NCBI RefSeq assembly: GCF_001458695.1 | Contig: NZ_LN885086.1 | Span: 1,020,001 to 1,052,000, forward strand | Direction: 5' to 3' | From: Candidatus Nitrospira inopinata | Lineage (GTDB): Bacteria; Nitrospirota; Nitrospiria; Nitrospirales; Nitrospiraceae | Length of the DNA: 32,000 nt | Shown: piece after piece, positions 1 to 6,687 of the stretch | Layout of the letters: each line of letters starts with the position of its first letter | How positions within the stretch are numbered: position 1 is the first letter of the stretch | Made by a program: the position numbers and the translations under genes | The notes under the pieces: model-generated | The model's input: only the letters and a program-made list of their open reading frames with translations | Databases searched by the model: none | Told to the model about the DNA's origin: nothing

Positions 1-957
1 GGTGCGGAACGTGACACCGGGCACGCGGGTTCTGATGCGCTCGACCAGCTTCTCGATCGAGGCCCGGTTGCCCAGCCGGTGCATGGCCTTGAGCAGGGCA
101 TTGTTGATGTGTTGAAGGGGCATGTCGATGTAGTGGGCGATCGTTTCCTCGCTCGCGTACAGATCGAGCAACTCGTCCGTGACCTGCTGAGGATAGAGAT
201 AGAAGGGCCTGATCCAGTGAAGGCCCTTGACCTTCACCAGTTCGCGGAGCAGGCTCACGAGCCCCTGGCGCAAACCCAGATCAACGCCGTAGTTGATCGT
301 GTCTTGCGAAATGAGGTTGATCTCCTTGACGCCTTCCGCGGCCAGTTGCTTCACTTCCGCAACGATCGACTCGATCGGTCGGCTCTTCTGTTTGCCCCGC
401 ATGAGCGGAATGGCGCAGAAGGTGCAGTTGCGATTGCAGCCTTCGGCGATTTTGACATAGGCGCTGTGGCGCGCGCCGAGCCTGAGCCGCGGCGCCAGGT
501 CGTCGTAGAGATAGGGCGGCTGGCTGATCCACAGCCGCCGGTGCCGTTGCTTGGGCGCGAGCAGGTCTCGGCAGATGTCGGCGATTTTGCCGAACTCGCC
601 GGTCCCGACCACCGCGTCCAGTTCCGGCAGTTCCTTGAGCAGTTCCCCCTGGTACCGCTGGGCCAGGCAGCCGGCGGCGATCAGCACGCGGCAGGAGCCG
701 GCCTGTTTCAACGCTCCATGTTCGATGATCGCGTTGATCGACTCTTGTTTGGCTTCTTCGATGAACCCGCAGGTGTTGATGATAACGACTTCGGCTTCGC
801 TCGGATCGCCGGTGAGGCGAAATCCCTCCCGGGCGAGGGTGCCGAGCATCACTTCGGAATCGACCTGGTTTTTGGAACAGCCGAGGTTGACGAACCCGAT
901 GGTGGCGGTGCGGTCTTGTCCACCGACCGGATTTTCGCGCGTGGCGCGGCGGGGCAT
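1..957 (-). CDS. rimO: Ribosomal protein S12 methylthiotransferase RimO (radical-SAM MTTase); the 3' end runs off the window
   Basis: Absent from the ORF track because no stop lies in the window. My translation of the minus strand from the ATG (complement of 955-957) reads MPRRATRENPV..IGFVNLGCSKNQVDSEVMLG..INTCGFIEEAK..AEGCNRNCTFCAIPLMRG..ISQDTINYGVD..YIDMPLQHINN. That gives an MTTase N-domain plus a CxxxCxxC radical-SAM motif with RimO-like blocks. Confidence 0.85.
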   Translation of the reverse strand, partial: MPRRATRENPVGGQDRTATIGFVNLGCSKNQVDSEVMLGTLAREGFRLTGDPSEAEVVIINTCGFIEEAKQESINAIIEHGALKQAGSCRVLIAAGCLAQRYQGELLKELPELDAVVGTGEFGKIADICRDLLAPKQRHRRLWISQPPYLYDDLAPRLRLGARHSAYVKIAEGCNRNCTFCAIPLMRGKQKSRPIESIVAEVKQLAAEGVKEINLISQDTINYGVDLGLRQGLVSLLRELVKVKGLHWIRPFYLYPQQVTDELLDLYASEETIAHYIDMPLQHINNALLKAMHRLGNRASIEKLVERIRTRVPGVTFRT

Positions 958-981
958 GATCAATGGTGCAGACATGCGGGC

Positions 982-1011
982 AGTCTACGGAACGAGTGGA
1001 AAGGGTGTCAA
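982..1011 (-). promoter_or_regulatory. Candidate sigma70-type promoter for rimO
   Basis: On the minus strand: TTGACA (comp. 1006-1011), an 18-nt spacer, then TAGACT (comp. 982-987), about 24 nt upstream of the rimO ATG. Confidence 0.35.
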
Positions 1012-1058
1012 CGGAGAGGGCTGGGGGAGATCCGCCGCGCGCCCCCTTCGCTCGCACC

Positions 1059-1090
1059 TTGACCCTGTACCTTGGTAGAGGGTGTAGAGT
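1059..1090 (+). promoter_or_regulatory. MerR-type promoter/operator: -35 TTGACC, 20-bp spacer containing an imperfect dyad, -10 TAGAGT
   Basis: TTGACC lies at 1059-1064 and TAGAGT at 1085-1090. The spacer is 20 bp, whereas other promoter-like sites in this window have 16-18 bp. A dyad ACCCTgTACC-tt-GGTAgAGGGT spans 1062-1083. This is the classic overlong-spacer layout of MerR-family operators. Confidence 0.5.
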
Positions 1091-1123
1091 ATCAGTGTGA
1101 GGGAAGGGGGTGGATGGGTCAGA

Positions 1124-1648
1124 ATGGGCGAGGCATGTCCCATTCGCACGATCGGGCAATTGGCCGAAGCGGGTGGCGTTGGTGTGCAGACGGTTCGGTA
1201 CTATGAGCGGCGACGTCTGCTGCTGCCCACCTCGCGGCTGCCTTCCGGCTATCGTCTCTATGGAGCGGAGGCGCTCCAACGGCTCCGTTTCATCAGGAAT
1301 GCGCAGGCTCTGGGGTTCACGCTGCGGGAAATTGAAGGGCTCCTAAACTTGCGTGTCTCGTCGGCTGCCCGGTGTGACGAGGTGCAGCAGGCCGCCCAGG
1401 CCAAGCTCGTGACGGTGGAGGCCAAGATTCGTGATCTGGAAGCGCTGGCCAGGGTGCTCCGGACCTTCATCCGGTCCTGCCGGGCGGGACGGCCGACGGA
1501 GCACTGCCCCATCCTGGCCAGCCTGGAATCTCCAACGTTGGAGTCCAATTCCAAGTCCAATGGAGGAAAGTTCAAAAAGTCCAATGGGGGAAGAGGTGGC
1601 AAGGGTCGCGCCAAGGAAAACCAGCGCCGCTATGAAAGCGGAGGGTGA
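1124..1648 (+). CDS. merR: MerR-family Hg(II)-responsive transcriptional regulator with an unusual basic Gly/Lys-rich C-terminal tail
   Basis: The N-terminal HTH reads IRTIGQLAEAGGVGVQTVRYYERRRLL. Three Cys residues have the same spacing as Tn501 MerR C82/C117/C126 (RCDE, then +35 to SC, then C-x8-C in CRAGRPTEHCPILASL). ATG 1124 is preferred over GTG 1097, the track start. GTG 1097 sits 6 nt after the -10 box and remains possible. Confidence 0.85.
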   Translation: MGEACPIRTIGQLAEAGGVGVQTVRYYERRRLLLPTSRLPSGYRLYGAEALQRLRFIRNAQALGFTLREIEGLLNLRVSSAARCDEVQQAAQAKLVTVEAKIRDLEALARVLRTFIRSCRAGRPTEHCPILASLESPTLESNSKSNGGKFKKSNGGRGGKGRAKENQRRYESGG

Positions 1649-2064
1649 AGGGGCAGGTGACGGGGATGATAAGGGCGGAGGACCAAGAGAATCACTACGG
1701 TCGGCGGGTGAGCACGACCACGGCGGTCGGTGGGGTGGTGGCGGCGGTGGTCTCGTCTGTCTGCTGCTTGGGGCCGCTCCTGCTCGCGGCAGTGGGGGTG
1801 GGGGCTGGAGCGACTGGGTTCTGGGCTGGAACGGCCGACGTCATGAAGGCCCTGTTGCCCTATCGACCGTTGTTTATCGCCGCGGCGGTCGGATGTTTCG
1901 CCGTGAGTTTTTATCTGGTCTATCGTAGGCCGGTCGTTGCGTGTGGGTCTGACGGGGTCTGTGAGCGGCCTGCTCAGCATCGAGTGACGAGATGGCTGCT
2001 CTGGACCCTGGCCGGGCTCGCGCTGGCGTTCATCATGGCCCCCTATTGGTTGGGGCTGGAATGA
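1645..2064 (+). CDS. merT: Mercuric ion transport protein MerT
   Basis: TM1 carries the vicinal pair SSVCCLGPLLLAAVG. The YRP motif is present, and the loop pair VACGSDGVCERP (C-x5-C) matches MerT AACKPGEVCAIP. A third TM follows. The GTG start overlaps the merR stop (GTGA). An alternative ATG lies at 1666. Confidence 0.8.
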   Translation: MKGQVTGMIRAEDQENHYGRRVSTTTAVGGVVAAVVSSVCCLGPLLLAAVGVGAGATGFWAGTADVMKALLPYRPLFIAAAVGCFAVSFYLVYRRPVVACGSDGVCERPAQHRVTRWLLWTLAGLALAFIMAPYWLGLE

Positions 2065-2100
2065 GGGGCATTCCATTCGAAATGCGAAGGAGGGATTGTT

Positions 2101-2475
2101 ATGAGGCCACATCCCAATCGTCTGAAGCTTGCGTTGTTCGTGTTGAGCTGGCTTGCGCTCGTGATAGTGGGAGAAACTTGGCAGCACACCGCTGCTGTGG
2201 CAGGAAGCGGGGAGCAGACCGTGACGCTCAAAATTGAAGGGGTCACCTGCGGGTCGTGCGTGAAGGACGTGCGTGCCGCCCTTCAGAAACTGCCCGGCGT
2301 CAAGACCGTCGAAATCAAGGTCGGCACCAAGTGGGGCTTGCTCAATGACTATACGGACACGAAGGCGCTGATCACGTTCGATCCGGGTCAAACAGGAGTG
2401 GAGGCGTTAGTCAAAGCGGTCGAGTCGGCGAGCACGGCGCTCTCGACCTATCGGGCCCGGCTCTTGCCTGGTTGA
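2101..2475 (+). CDS. merP: Periplasmic mercury-binding protein MerP (HMA domain with signal peptide)
   Basis: An N-terminal hydrophobic signal (LALFVLSWLALVIV) is followed by QTVTLKIEGVTCGSCVKDVRAAL, the GMTCxxC-type heavy-metal-associated motif. A strong SD, AAGGAGGG, lies 6 nt upstream of the ATG. Confidence 0.8.
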   Translation: MRPHPNRLKLALFVLSWLALVIVGETWQHTAAVAGSGEQTVTLKIEGVTCGSCVKDVRAALQKLPGVKTVEIKVGTKWGLLNDYTDTKALITFDPGQTGVEALVKAVESASTALSTYRARLLPG

Positions 2476-2512
2476 TCAATCAAGGATGGTCTGGGAGAAG
2501 GAGGGCGAGCGA

Positions 2513-2899
2513 ATGGAGCAGCAGACGACAGCACAGATGACGGAGGAAGCCCTGTTTGCCGAGCTGCGACGGCTGAGTCCCAAGGTAACGGGCGGGTTGG
2601 TCCGGATGCGGCAAGAGGCCTATCGGGATGGCGCCGTACCGGCCAAATACAAACTGCTGACCGCGATGGCCATTTCGATTGCGATTCGCTGCGAGCCTTG
2701 CATTCGGGCCTATGTGCGGATGGCCTGTGAGAAAGGTGTTACGCAGGAGGAATTGATCGAGTTCCTCGAAGTGGCCATGACTATGCAGGGCTGCCCTGGT
2801 GAGGAATGGGCCCTCAAGGCCTTTGGGTTTTACAAAGAATGGCGGTCCAGCCGGATTGACGGCCAGACTGTAACCTGTTGCTCGACCCATCAGGCCTGA
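2513..2899 (+). CDS. Carboxymuconolactone decarboxylase (AhpD-like) family protein with a CxxC motif and a C-terminal vicinal Cys pair
   Basis: AKYKLLTAMAISIAIRCEPCIRAYVRMACEKGVTQEELIEFLEVA is typical of the CMD/AhpD core, with CxxC as C-E-P-C. The C-terminus ends ..TVTCCSTHQA. AGGAGG at 2499-2504 lies 8 nt before ATG 2513, so this start is preferred over the track start 2486. Confidence 0.75.
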   Translation: MEQQTTAQMTEEALFAELRRLSPKVTGGLVRMRQEAYRDGAVPAKYKLLTAMAISIAIRCEPCIRAYVRMACEKGVTQEELIEFLEVAMTMQGCPGEEWALKAFGFYKEWRSSRIDGQTVTCCSTHQA

Positions 2900-2944
2900 C
2901 CATCGCGAGAGCGGTGACAATCGGCGGGGGAGCCCTCTACGTCC

Positions 2945-2973
2945 TTGATTCATCAACCGGGTGTCGGTAGCAT
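2945..2973 (+). promoter_or_regulatory. Candidate promoter placing the TSS at or next to the start codon (leaderless) of the gamma-CA-like gene
   Basis: TTGATT (2945-2950), a 17-nt spacer, then TAGCAT (2968-2973). Only 6 nt (ggccgc) separate the -10 from ATG 2980, and there is no SD. Confidence 0.4.
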
Positions 2974-2979
2974 GGCCGC

Positions 2980-3516
2980 ATGATTCGGGCGTTTCAGGGT
3001 ATCCTGCCCAAAATTCCCAAGTCCTGCTTCATTGAAGAGACGGCCGTCGTGATCGGCGACGTGGTGATGGGCGAGGAGTGCAGCGTCTGGTTCCACGCCG
3101 TGATCCGCGGCGACGTGCACTATATCCGCATTGGCGATCGGACCAATGTGCAGGACCTCTCCATGCTCCACGTGACGCACGACACTCACCCGCTTGTGAT
3201 CGGCAGCGAGGTCACCATCGGCCACCATGTGGTGCTGCACGGCTGCACGATCGAGGATCGGGTGCTGGTCGGCATGGGCGCGATCGTGATGGATGGAGCG
3301 GTGATCGGCGAAGGGTCGATCGTCGGAGCCGGGGCCCTCGTCACGGAAGGAACGATTGTGCCGCCCAAGAGTTTGATACTCGGCTCACCGGCCAAGGTGA
3401 AACGGCCGGTGACAGACAAAGAACTGGCCTGGATCAAGGAATCGGCCGACAACTACGCGCGCTACGCCCGCACCTACCTGAACCCGCCCTCAAGGCCGAC
3501 GGGGTTTGTCGTGTAG
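2980..3516 (+). CDS. Gamma-class carbonic anhydrase family / hexapeptide-repeat (YrdA/PaaY-like) protein
   Basis: The left-handed beta-helix hexapeptide pattern is present, with conserved blocks VWFHAVIRGD..IRIGDRTNVQD..HV..IGHHVVLHGCTI and SLILGSPAKVKR. Confidence 0.85.
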   Translation: MIRAFQGILPKIPKSCFIEETAVVIGDVVMGEECSVWFHAVIRGDVHYIRIGDRTNVQDLSMLHVTHDTHPLVIGSEVTIGHHVVLHGCTIEDRVLVGMGAIVMDGAVIGEGSIVGAGALVTEGTIVPPKSLILGSPAKVKRPVTDKELAWIKESADNYARYARTYLNPPSRPTGFVV

Positions 3517-3544
3517 CGCGAATTTTTCCTTTCTGCGTTCCCCA

Positions 3545-3667
3545 CAGAGATCTGAGACAGGCGGATGACGCACACCGGCCACCGACCAGGGCTGTCGGGG
3601 GGAGTTCCGCTCCAGGTGGTAGGATACCTGATGGCGATCGCACCAGTCGGAACCCAAGGTTACTTCC
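3545..3667 (-). pseudogene. Decayed, frameshifted copy of the 3' end of the orphan gene at 4964-5710
   Basis: A hand alignment of 3580-3666 with 5038-5125 gives 65 identical positions in 88 columns with one 1-nt gap inside a G-run (3597-3602). The minus-strand translation ..SDWCDRHQVSYHLERNS / (frameshift) PPTALVGG parallels ..ADWCHRHRVPYHVERNYYPTALVGD of the intact gene. Similarity stops abruptly near 3667. Confidence 0.5.
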
Positions 3668-3767
3668 ATGGGAATCGATCGTCTTGGGAGCAGATATCAA
3701 TCATTCTCTTCTCGGTGATGGGAGAGGGGCTTGCGAAGAGGCGAAGATCTCACCTTGGAGAGCCAAG

Positions 3768-4211
3768 TCAAGGGGAATCGGCCGCCGTCAGGGGGTTCGT
3801 CCACTTGAGGCCGGGGAAGCGGGAAAAATCTTGATCCGTGGTGTAAAGCGTTGCCCCGTGCTCAATGGCAATCGCGGCCAACACGGCATCCATGACCAGC
3901 GGTCCGGTGGCCTGCCCCGTGCGCAAGAGACGGCAGAGGATGTCCCAGTGACGTTCACCTGCATCGAGGATTCCGGCCACCGGTTGCTCCAGCCAGGACG
4001 AAACCACCGCTTCGGCTTCGGATGTTGAGAAGGGATGCTCGAACACGCGGGGGCTGGTGGAGACCCTGAGAAACGCCCAGATCGTGAGCCAGGCAAAGCG
4101 CACCAATTCTGAGCCGGACAGTGTGGCTTCTAGCCATGCGCGACTGGCTTCGTGCTGAGCAGCTCTCGTGTGGTAGGCGTAGAGGAGCAGGTTGGCATCA
4201 ATAAGGATCAT
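3768..4211 (-). CDS. vapC: Type II toxin VapC (PIN-domain ribonuclease)
   Basis: The N-terminus MILIDANLLLY carries the first PIN acidic residue. Later motifs are LVMDAVLAAIAIEHGATLYTTDQDF. There is a 4-nt ATGA overlap with the upstream antitoxin gene. Confidence 0.85.
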   Translation of the reverse strand: MILIDANLLLYAYHTRAAQHEASRAWLEATLSGSELVRFAWLTIWAFLRVSTSPRVFEHPFSTSEAEAVVSSWLEQPVAGILDAGERHWDILCRLLRTGQATGPLVMDAVLAAIAIEHGATLYTTDQDFSRFPGLKWTNPLTAADSP

Positions 4212-4453
4212 CGGTGGAGCGGACCTTCCACCTGCTCGATCAGGTCTGCGATGCTATCCAAGGTGAGGCCGGGCTGAAGGTTCCCGAGGTCTCGACACAT
4301 GACCCTGAATGGCTTCCGAGAAACAGAGCGCTGAGTCGCGAGGCCGCGCCGCAGCGCGGCATTGACCGTCTCTCGAAAGGAGAGGCCCGAGCGGCGAGCC
4401 TCTGCCTTAAGCTTGGCGGCGACGTCGTCATCGAGGGTCAGGGTGGTGCGCAT
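4208..4453 (-). CDS. vapB: Type II antitoxin VapB (small DNA-binding antitoxin)
   Basis: This 81-aa protein begins MRTTLTLDDDVAAKLKAEARRSGLSFRETVNAALRRGL, a typical antitoxin N-terminal DNA-binding fold. It is translationally coupled to vapC. Confidence 0.8.
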   Translation of the reverse strand: MRTTLTLDDDVAAKLKAEARRSGLSFRETVNAALRRGLATQRSVSRKPFRVMCRDLGNLQPGLTLDSIADLIEQVEGPLHR

Positions 4454-4459
4454 GCTCTG

Positions 4460-4488
4460 ATGCTACTTCTCTCGCATCATGATGTCAA
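4460..4488 (-). promoter_or_regulatory. Candidate vapBC promoter with an embedded palindrome; predicted leaderless transcript
   Basis: On the minus strand: TTGACA (comp. 4483-4488), a 17-nt spacer, then TAGCAT (comp. 4460-4465). Only 6 nt follow before the vapB ATG (comp. 4451-4453). A perfect 10-bp palindrome, CATCATGATG, at 4475-4484 overlaps the -35/spacer and is a plausible VapB operator. Confidence 0.45.
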
Positions 4489-4800
4489 GGTCGATCCTAT
4501 CTGATGTCGGAGGAAGGAGTAACCGCGGGGTGTCGGGATCGCAAGGGCGAAAGGCTCGTCTGTGGCCTCGAAGAGGGGACTCTCGCTTGGGGCCATGAGT
4601 CACGAACGCCGCCTCATTGTTTGCTCTGGCACCTTCCTTCTGGAAGGGAGCTGCTTCAACTGTCTGCTTGCCTCTGCTTTGGTCCCCGGAGATCGGGCCG
4701 TTGGGCTGGGGCCCGAACTCTTGCCGAAGATCATCCATTTGTGCGCTTACTCTGACGGGAAGCAATCCCGACTTCGTTGGCCGCCGAGGGCCCCCATGGT

Positions 4801-4845
4801 CGCCCAGCGATTGGTCGCACAGCGATTGGCCGCCCAGCGATTGGA
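4801..4845. repeat. Three tandem 15-bp repeats (cgcCcagcgattggN)
   Basis: The units are cgcccagcgattggt, cgcacagcgattggc and cgcccagcgattgga, arranged head-to-tail. They lie inside an otherwise unassigned spacer of about 500 bp. Confidence 0.8.
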
Positions 4846-4963
4846 GGGTGTCTAGAGCGGGAGTGGCTCTCGCTGAATTGATGGGAGGAGGGACACGCGC
4901 TGCCGCTCTCCAATACCTTGTTGCCTTCTTTCCACCTTGTTGAGAGCACAAGAGGGGGCGGGA

Positions 4964-5710
4964 TCAACCCGGCTCCATGTTGGGGGAACCTCCTTTTCGG
5001 ATAAGACCTCGACCGAGGCGGACAAAACACACGGGGTCACCAACCAGTGCCGTCGGGTAGTAGTTCCGCTCCACGTGATAGGGTACTCGGTGCCGGTGGC
5101 ACCAGTCGGCGATCCAGACCACTTCTTCGACGGAGGTGGTGACCAGGGCGGGCAAGCTCAGCTTGGCCAGGCATCGGTTGACGATGGACTGCACCATTCG
5201 GCGCTGCCGTTCGAAGCGCGTGATGTTGAACGTGATCGGGTTCGCGTTTCCATAGGATAGGGCTGAGAGGTCGGGAAACCGCTCTGGGTCGTTCAACACG
5301 CTCACGATCCAGAGATGATCGAACGGGCCCTGAGCTGTTTCGGCGGTTCGTGCCCGGAAGGTGATCCCGCTGCCCTGACAAGCACGGTTGAGAACGGCCA
5401 CTTCGGCCCGGCGGAGGTTATAGGGTTCGACTTGCCGGTGCAATTCCAACGATTCGGCCAGAAGACAGGGCAATTCCGTGACTCCAGCGCCGACGTAGAG
5501 GCTTCGGCAGCCGCGCCGCAGCTTGTTCACCAGTGCTTCGGCCAGCTTGAGGCCTAGCCGTTCACAGGGCCTTCGTTTGGCCTGCCAGAACTCATCGCCC
5601 CCTTCGTAGCAGTAGACCGGACCGAGCCGATGGTAATCGAGTCGGTCGAAGAGGCGACGGATCTCGCGTCTGGTCTCCGGCGAAACGGTCATCTTGAGAT
5701 TGCTGAGCAC
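4964..5710 (-). CDS. Hypothetical protein; possible Rossmann-fold (SAM-methyltransferase-like) domain
   Basis: This 248-aa ORF has protein-like composition. SLYVGAGVTELP resembles MTase motif I (GxGxx), followed by VEPYNL and FDHLWIVSVL, which would fit motifs post-I and II. I do not recognise a family. The start is uncertain (GTG 5710 or ATG 5692). Confidence 0.6.
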   Translation of the reverse strand: MLSNLKMTVSPETRREIRRLFDRLDYHRLGPVYCYEGGDEFWQAKRRPCERLGLKLAEALVNKLRRGCRSLYVGAGVTELPCLLAESLELHRQVEPYNLRRAEVAVLNRACQGSGITFRARTAETAQGPFDHLWIVSVLNDPERFPDLSALSYGNANPITFNITRFERQRRMVQSIVNRCLAKLSLPALVTTSVEEVVWIADWCHRHRVPYHVERNYYPTALVGDPVCFVRLGRGLIRKGGSPNMEPG

Positions 5711-5799
5711 AGTGGCATTTGCCGCGAGGACGGTGGCTCCTCCCTTGTTGCCGATCGTGCCAATCGGTGTAGGGTGAGTGTTAGTGGGGCTTGGTTCGG

Positions 5800-6672
5800 C
5801 TACGAGCCGGTTTCTTGCGCCTCCCCTTTAGCCAGTTCCATGACTACCGCCGTGAGGGCCTCAGTGACGGACCCCACAAAATCCAGATTCAATGTGTCGA
5901 TCGTATCGGTGGGTTGGTGATAATGGGGATTTCGGAAGTTGGCCGTGTCGGTCAGCATCACGGCGGGGAAGTCCCGCTCCCAAAAGGCGGTGTGGTCGCT
6001 TCGTCTGGTGTCCGGCAACAGCTCGCCGTTGCCTGGAACGATGAGCGGGATGATCGGCAGGTGCCGGGCCATGGTGTGAGCCACGCTCTGGGTGAAGAGG
6101 GCTGATGCTTGATTGCCGATCACACCAAGAAAATTGCCGGTGGTCGGGACCGAGATGGGCACGCCGGGCGGAATCGCTTGCGATCCTTCTTCGTTGCTGG
6201 CGTAGCCGACACATTCCAGCACGATGGCTCCCTGGATCGATTGCCCCCTTGTGACCAGATGTGTGGTGTAGGCCTGGCTTCCGAACAGTCCTGGTTCTTC
6301 GAGTGCAAAGGCGATGAACCGCACCGGCCGCTGGAACCGTTCGGATCCAATCCGGTGCGCGACCTCTAGCAGAACGGCCAGGGCGCTGGCGTTGTCGTCT
6401 GCGCCGGGCGAGCCCTCCACCGTGTCGTAATGGGCCGCCAGAATTAAAGGGGGCCCTGCCTCCTTCGGCGATATCGGGGTTGGACGAACGGTTCCGATCA
6501 CGTTCCGGTGAAGTCCGTCCATGGCGTGAAATTCCTGTGTGGTGACGGCCAAGCCGGCGGCGGCCAATTGCCGCACCAGATACTGTTCCACTTGCTGGAG
6601 ATGGAGCGGAGCGGACAGGGGGTGTCGTTCACCGACGAGCGCTTCGAGATGGGCGCGGAGGCGATGACTCAT
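5800..6672 (-). CDS. M28-family zinc aminopeptidase
   Basis: LILAAHYDTVEGSPGADDNASALAVLLE carries the metal-ligand HxD and DDN(A/S)SG-type blocks. It also contains EEPGLFGS, and a late H in SDHTAFW. Confidence 0.8.
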   Translation of the reverse strand: MSHRLRAHLEALVGERHPLSAPLHLQQVEQYLVRQLAAAGLAVTTQEFHAMDGLHRNVIGTVRPTPISPKEAGPPLILAAHYDTVEGSPGADDNASALAVLLEVAHRIGSERFQRPVRFIAFALEEPGLFGSQAYTTHLVTRGQSIQGAIVLECVGYASNEEGSQAIPPGVPISVPTTGNFLGVIGNQASALFTQSVAHTMARHLPIIPLIVPGNGELLPDTRRSDHTAFWERDFPAVMLTDTANFRNPHYHQPTDTIDTLNLDFVGSVTEALTAVVMELAKGEAQETGS

Positions 6673-6687
6673 CGGCTGAGGCCAAGC

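Noticed and set aside
79-1062. Long plus-strand ORF (327 aa) and the 332-aa minus-strand ORF 281-1279 overlapping the rimO region
   Set aside because: Both are Arg/Gly/Asp-rich with no recognisable motifs. A third frame on the minus strand gives a clean RimO sequence with the radical-SAM CxxxCxxC motif. These are typical shadow ORFs of a GC-rich gene.
4463-4951. 162-aa minus-strand ORF filling the spacer between the orphan gene and vapB
   Set aside because: It has low-complexity Gly/Pro/Arg/Gln-rich composition, no SD, no hydrophobic core segments and no recognisable motif. It would also run through the vapB promoter. I keep it as unassigned DNA (see finding) rather than calling a CDS, although its G/C-rich third positions in the repeat mean coding cannot be excluded.
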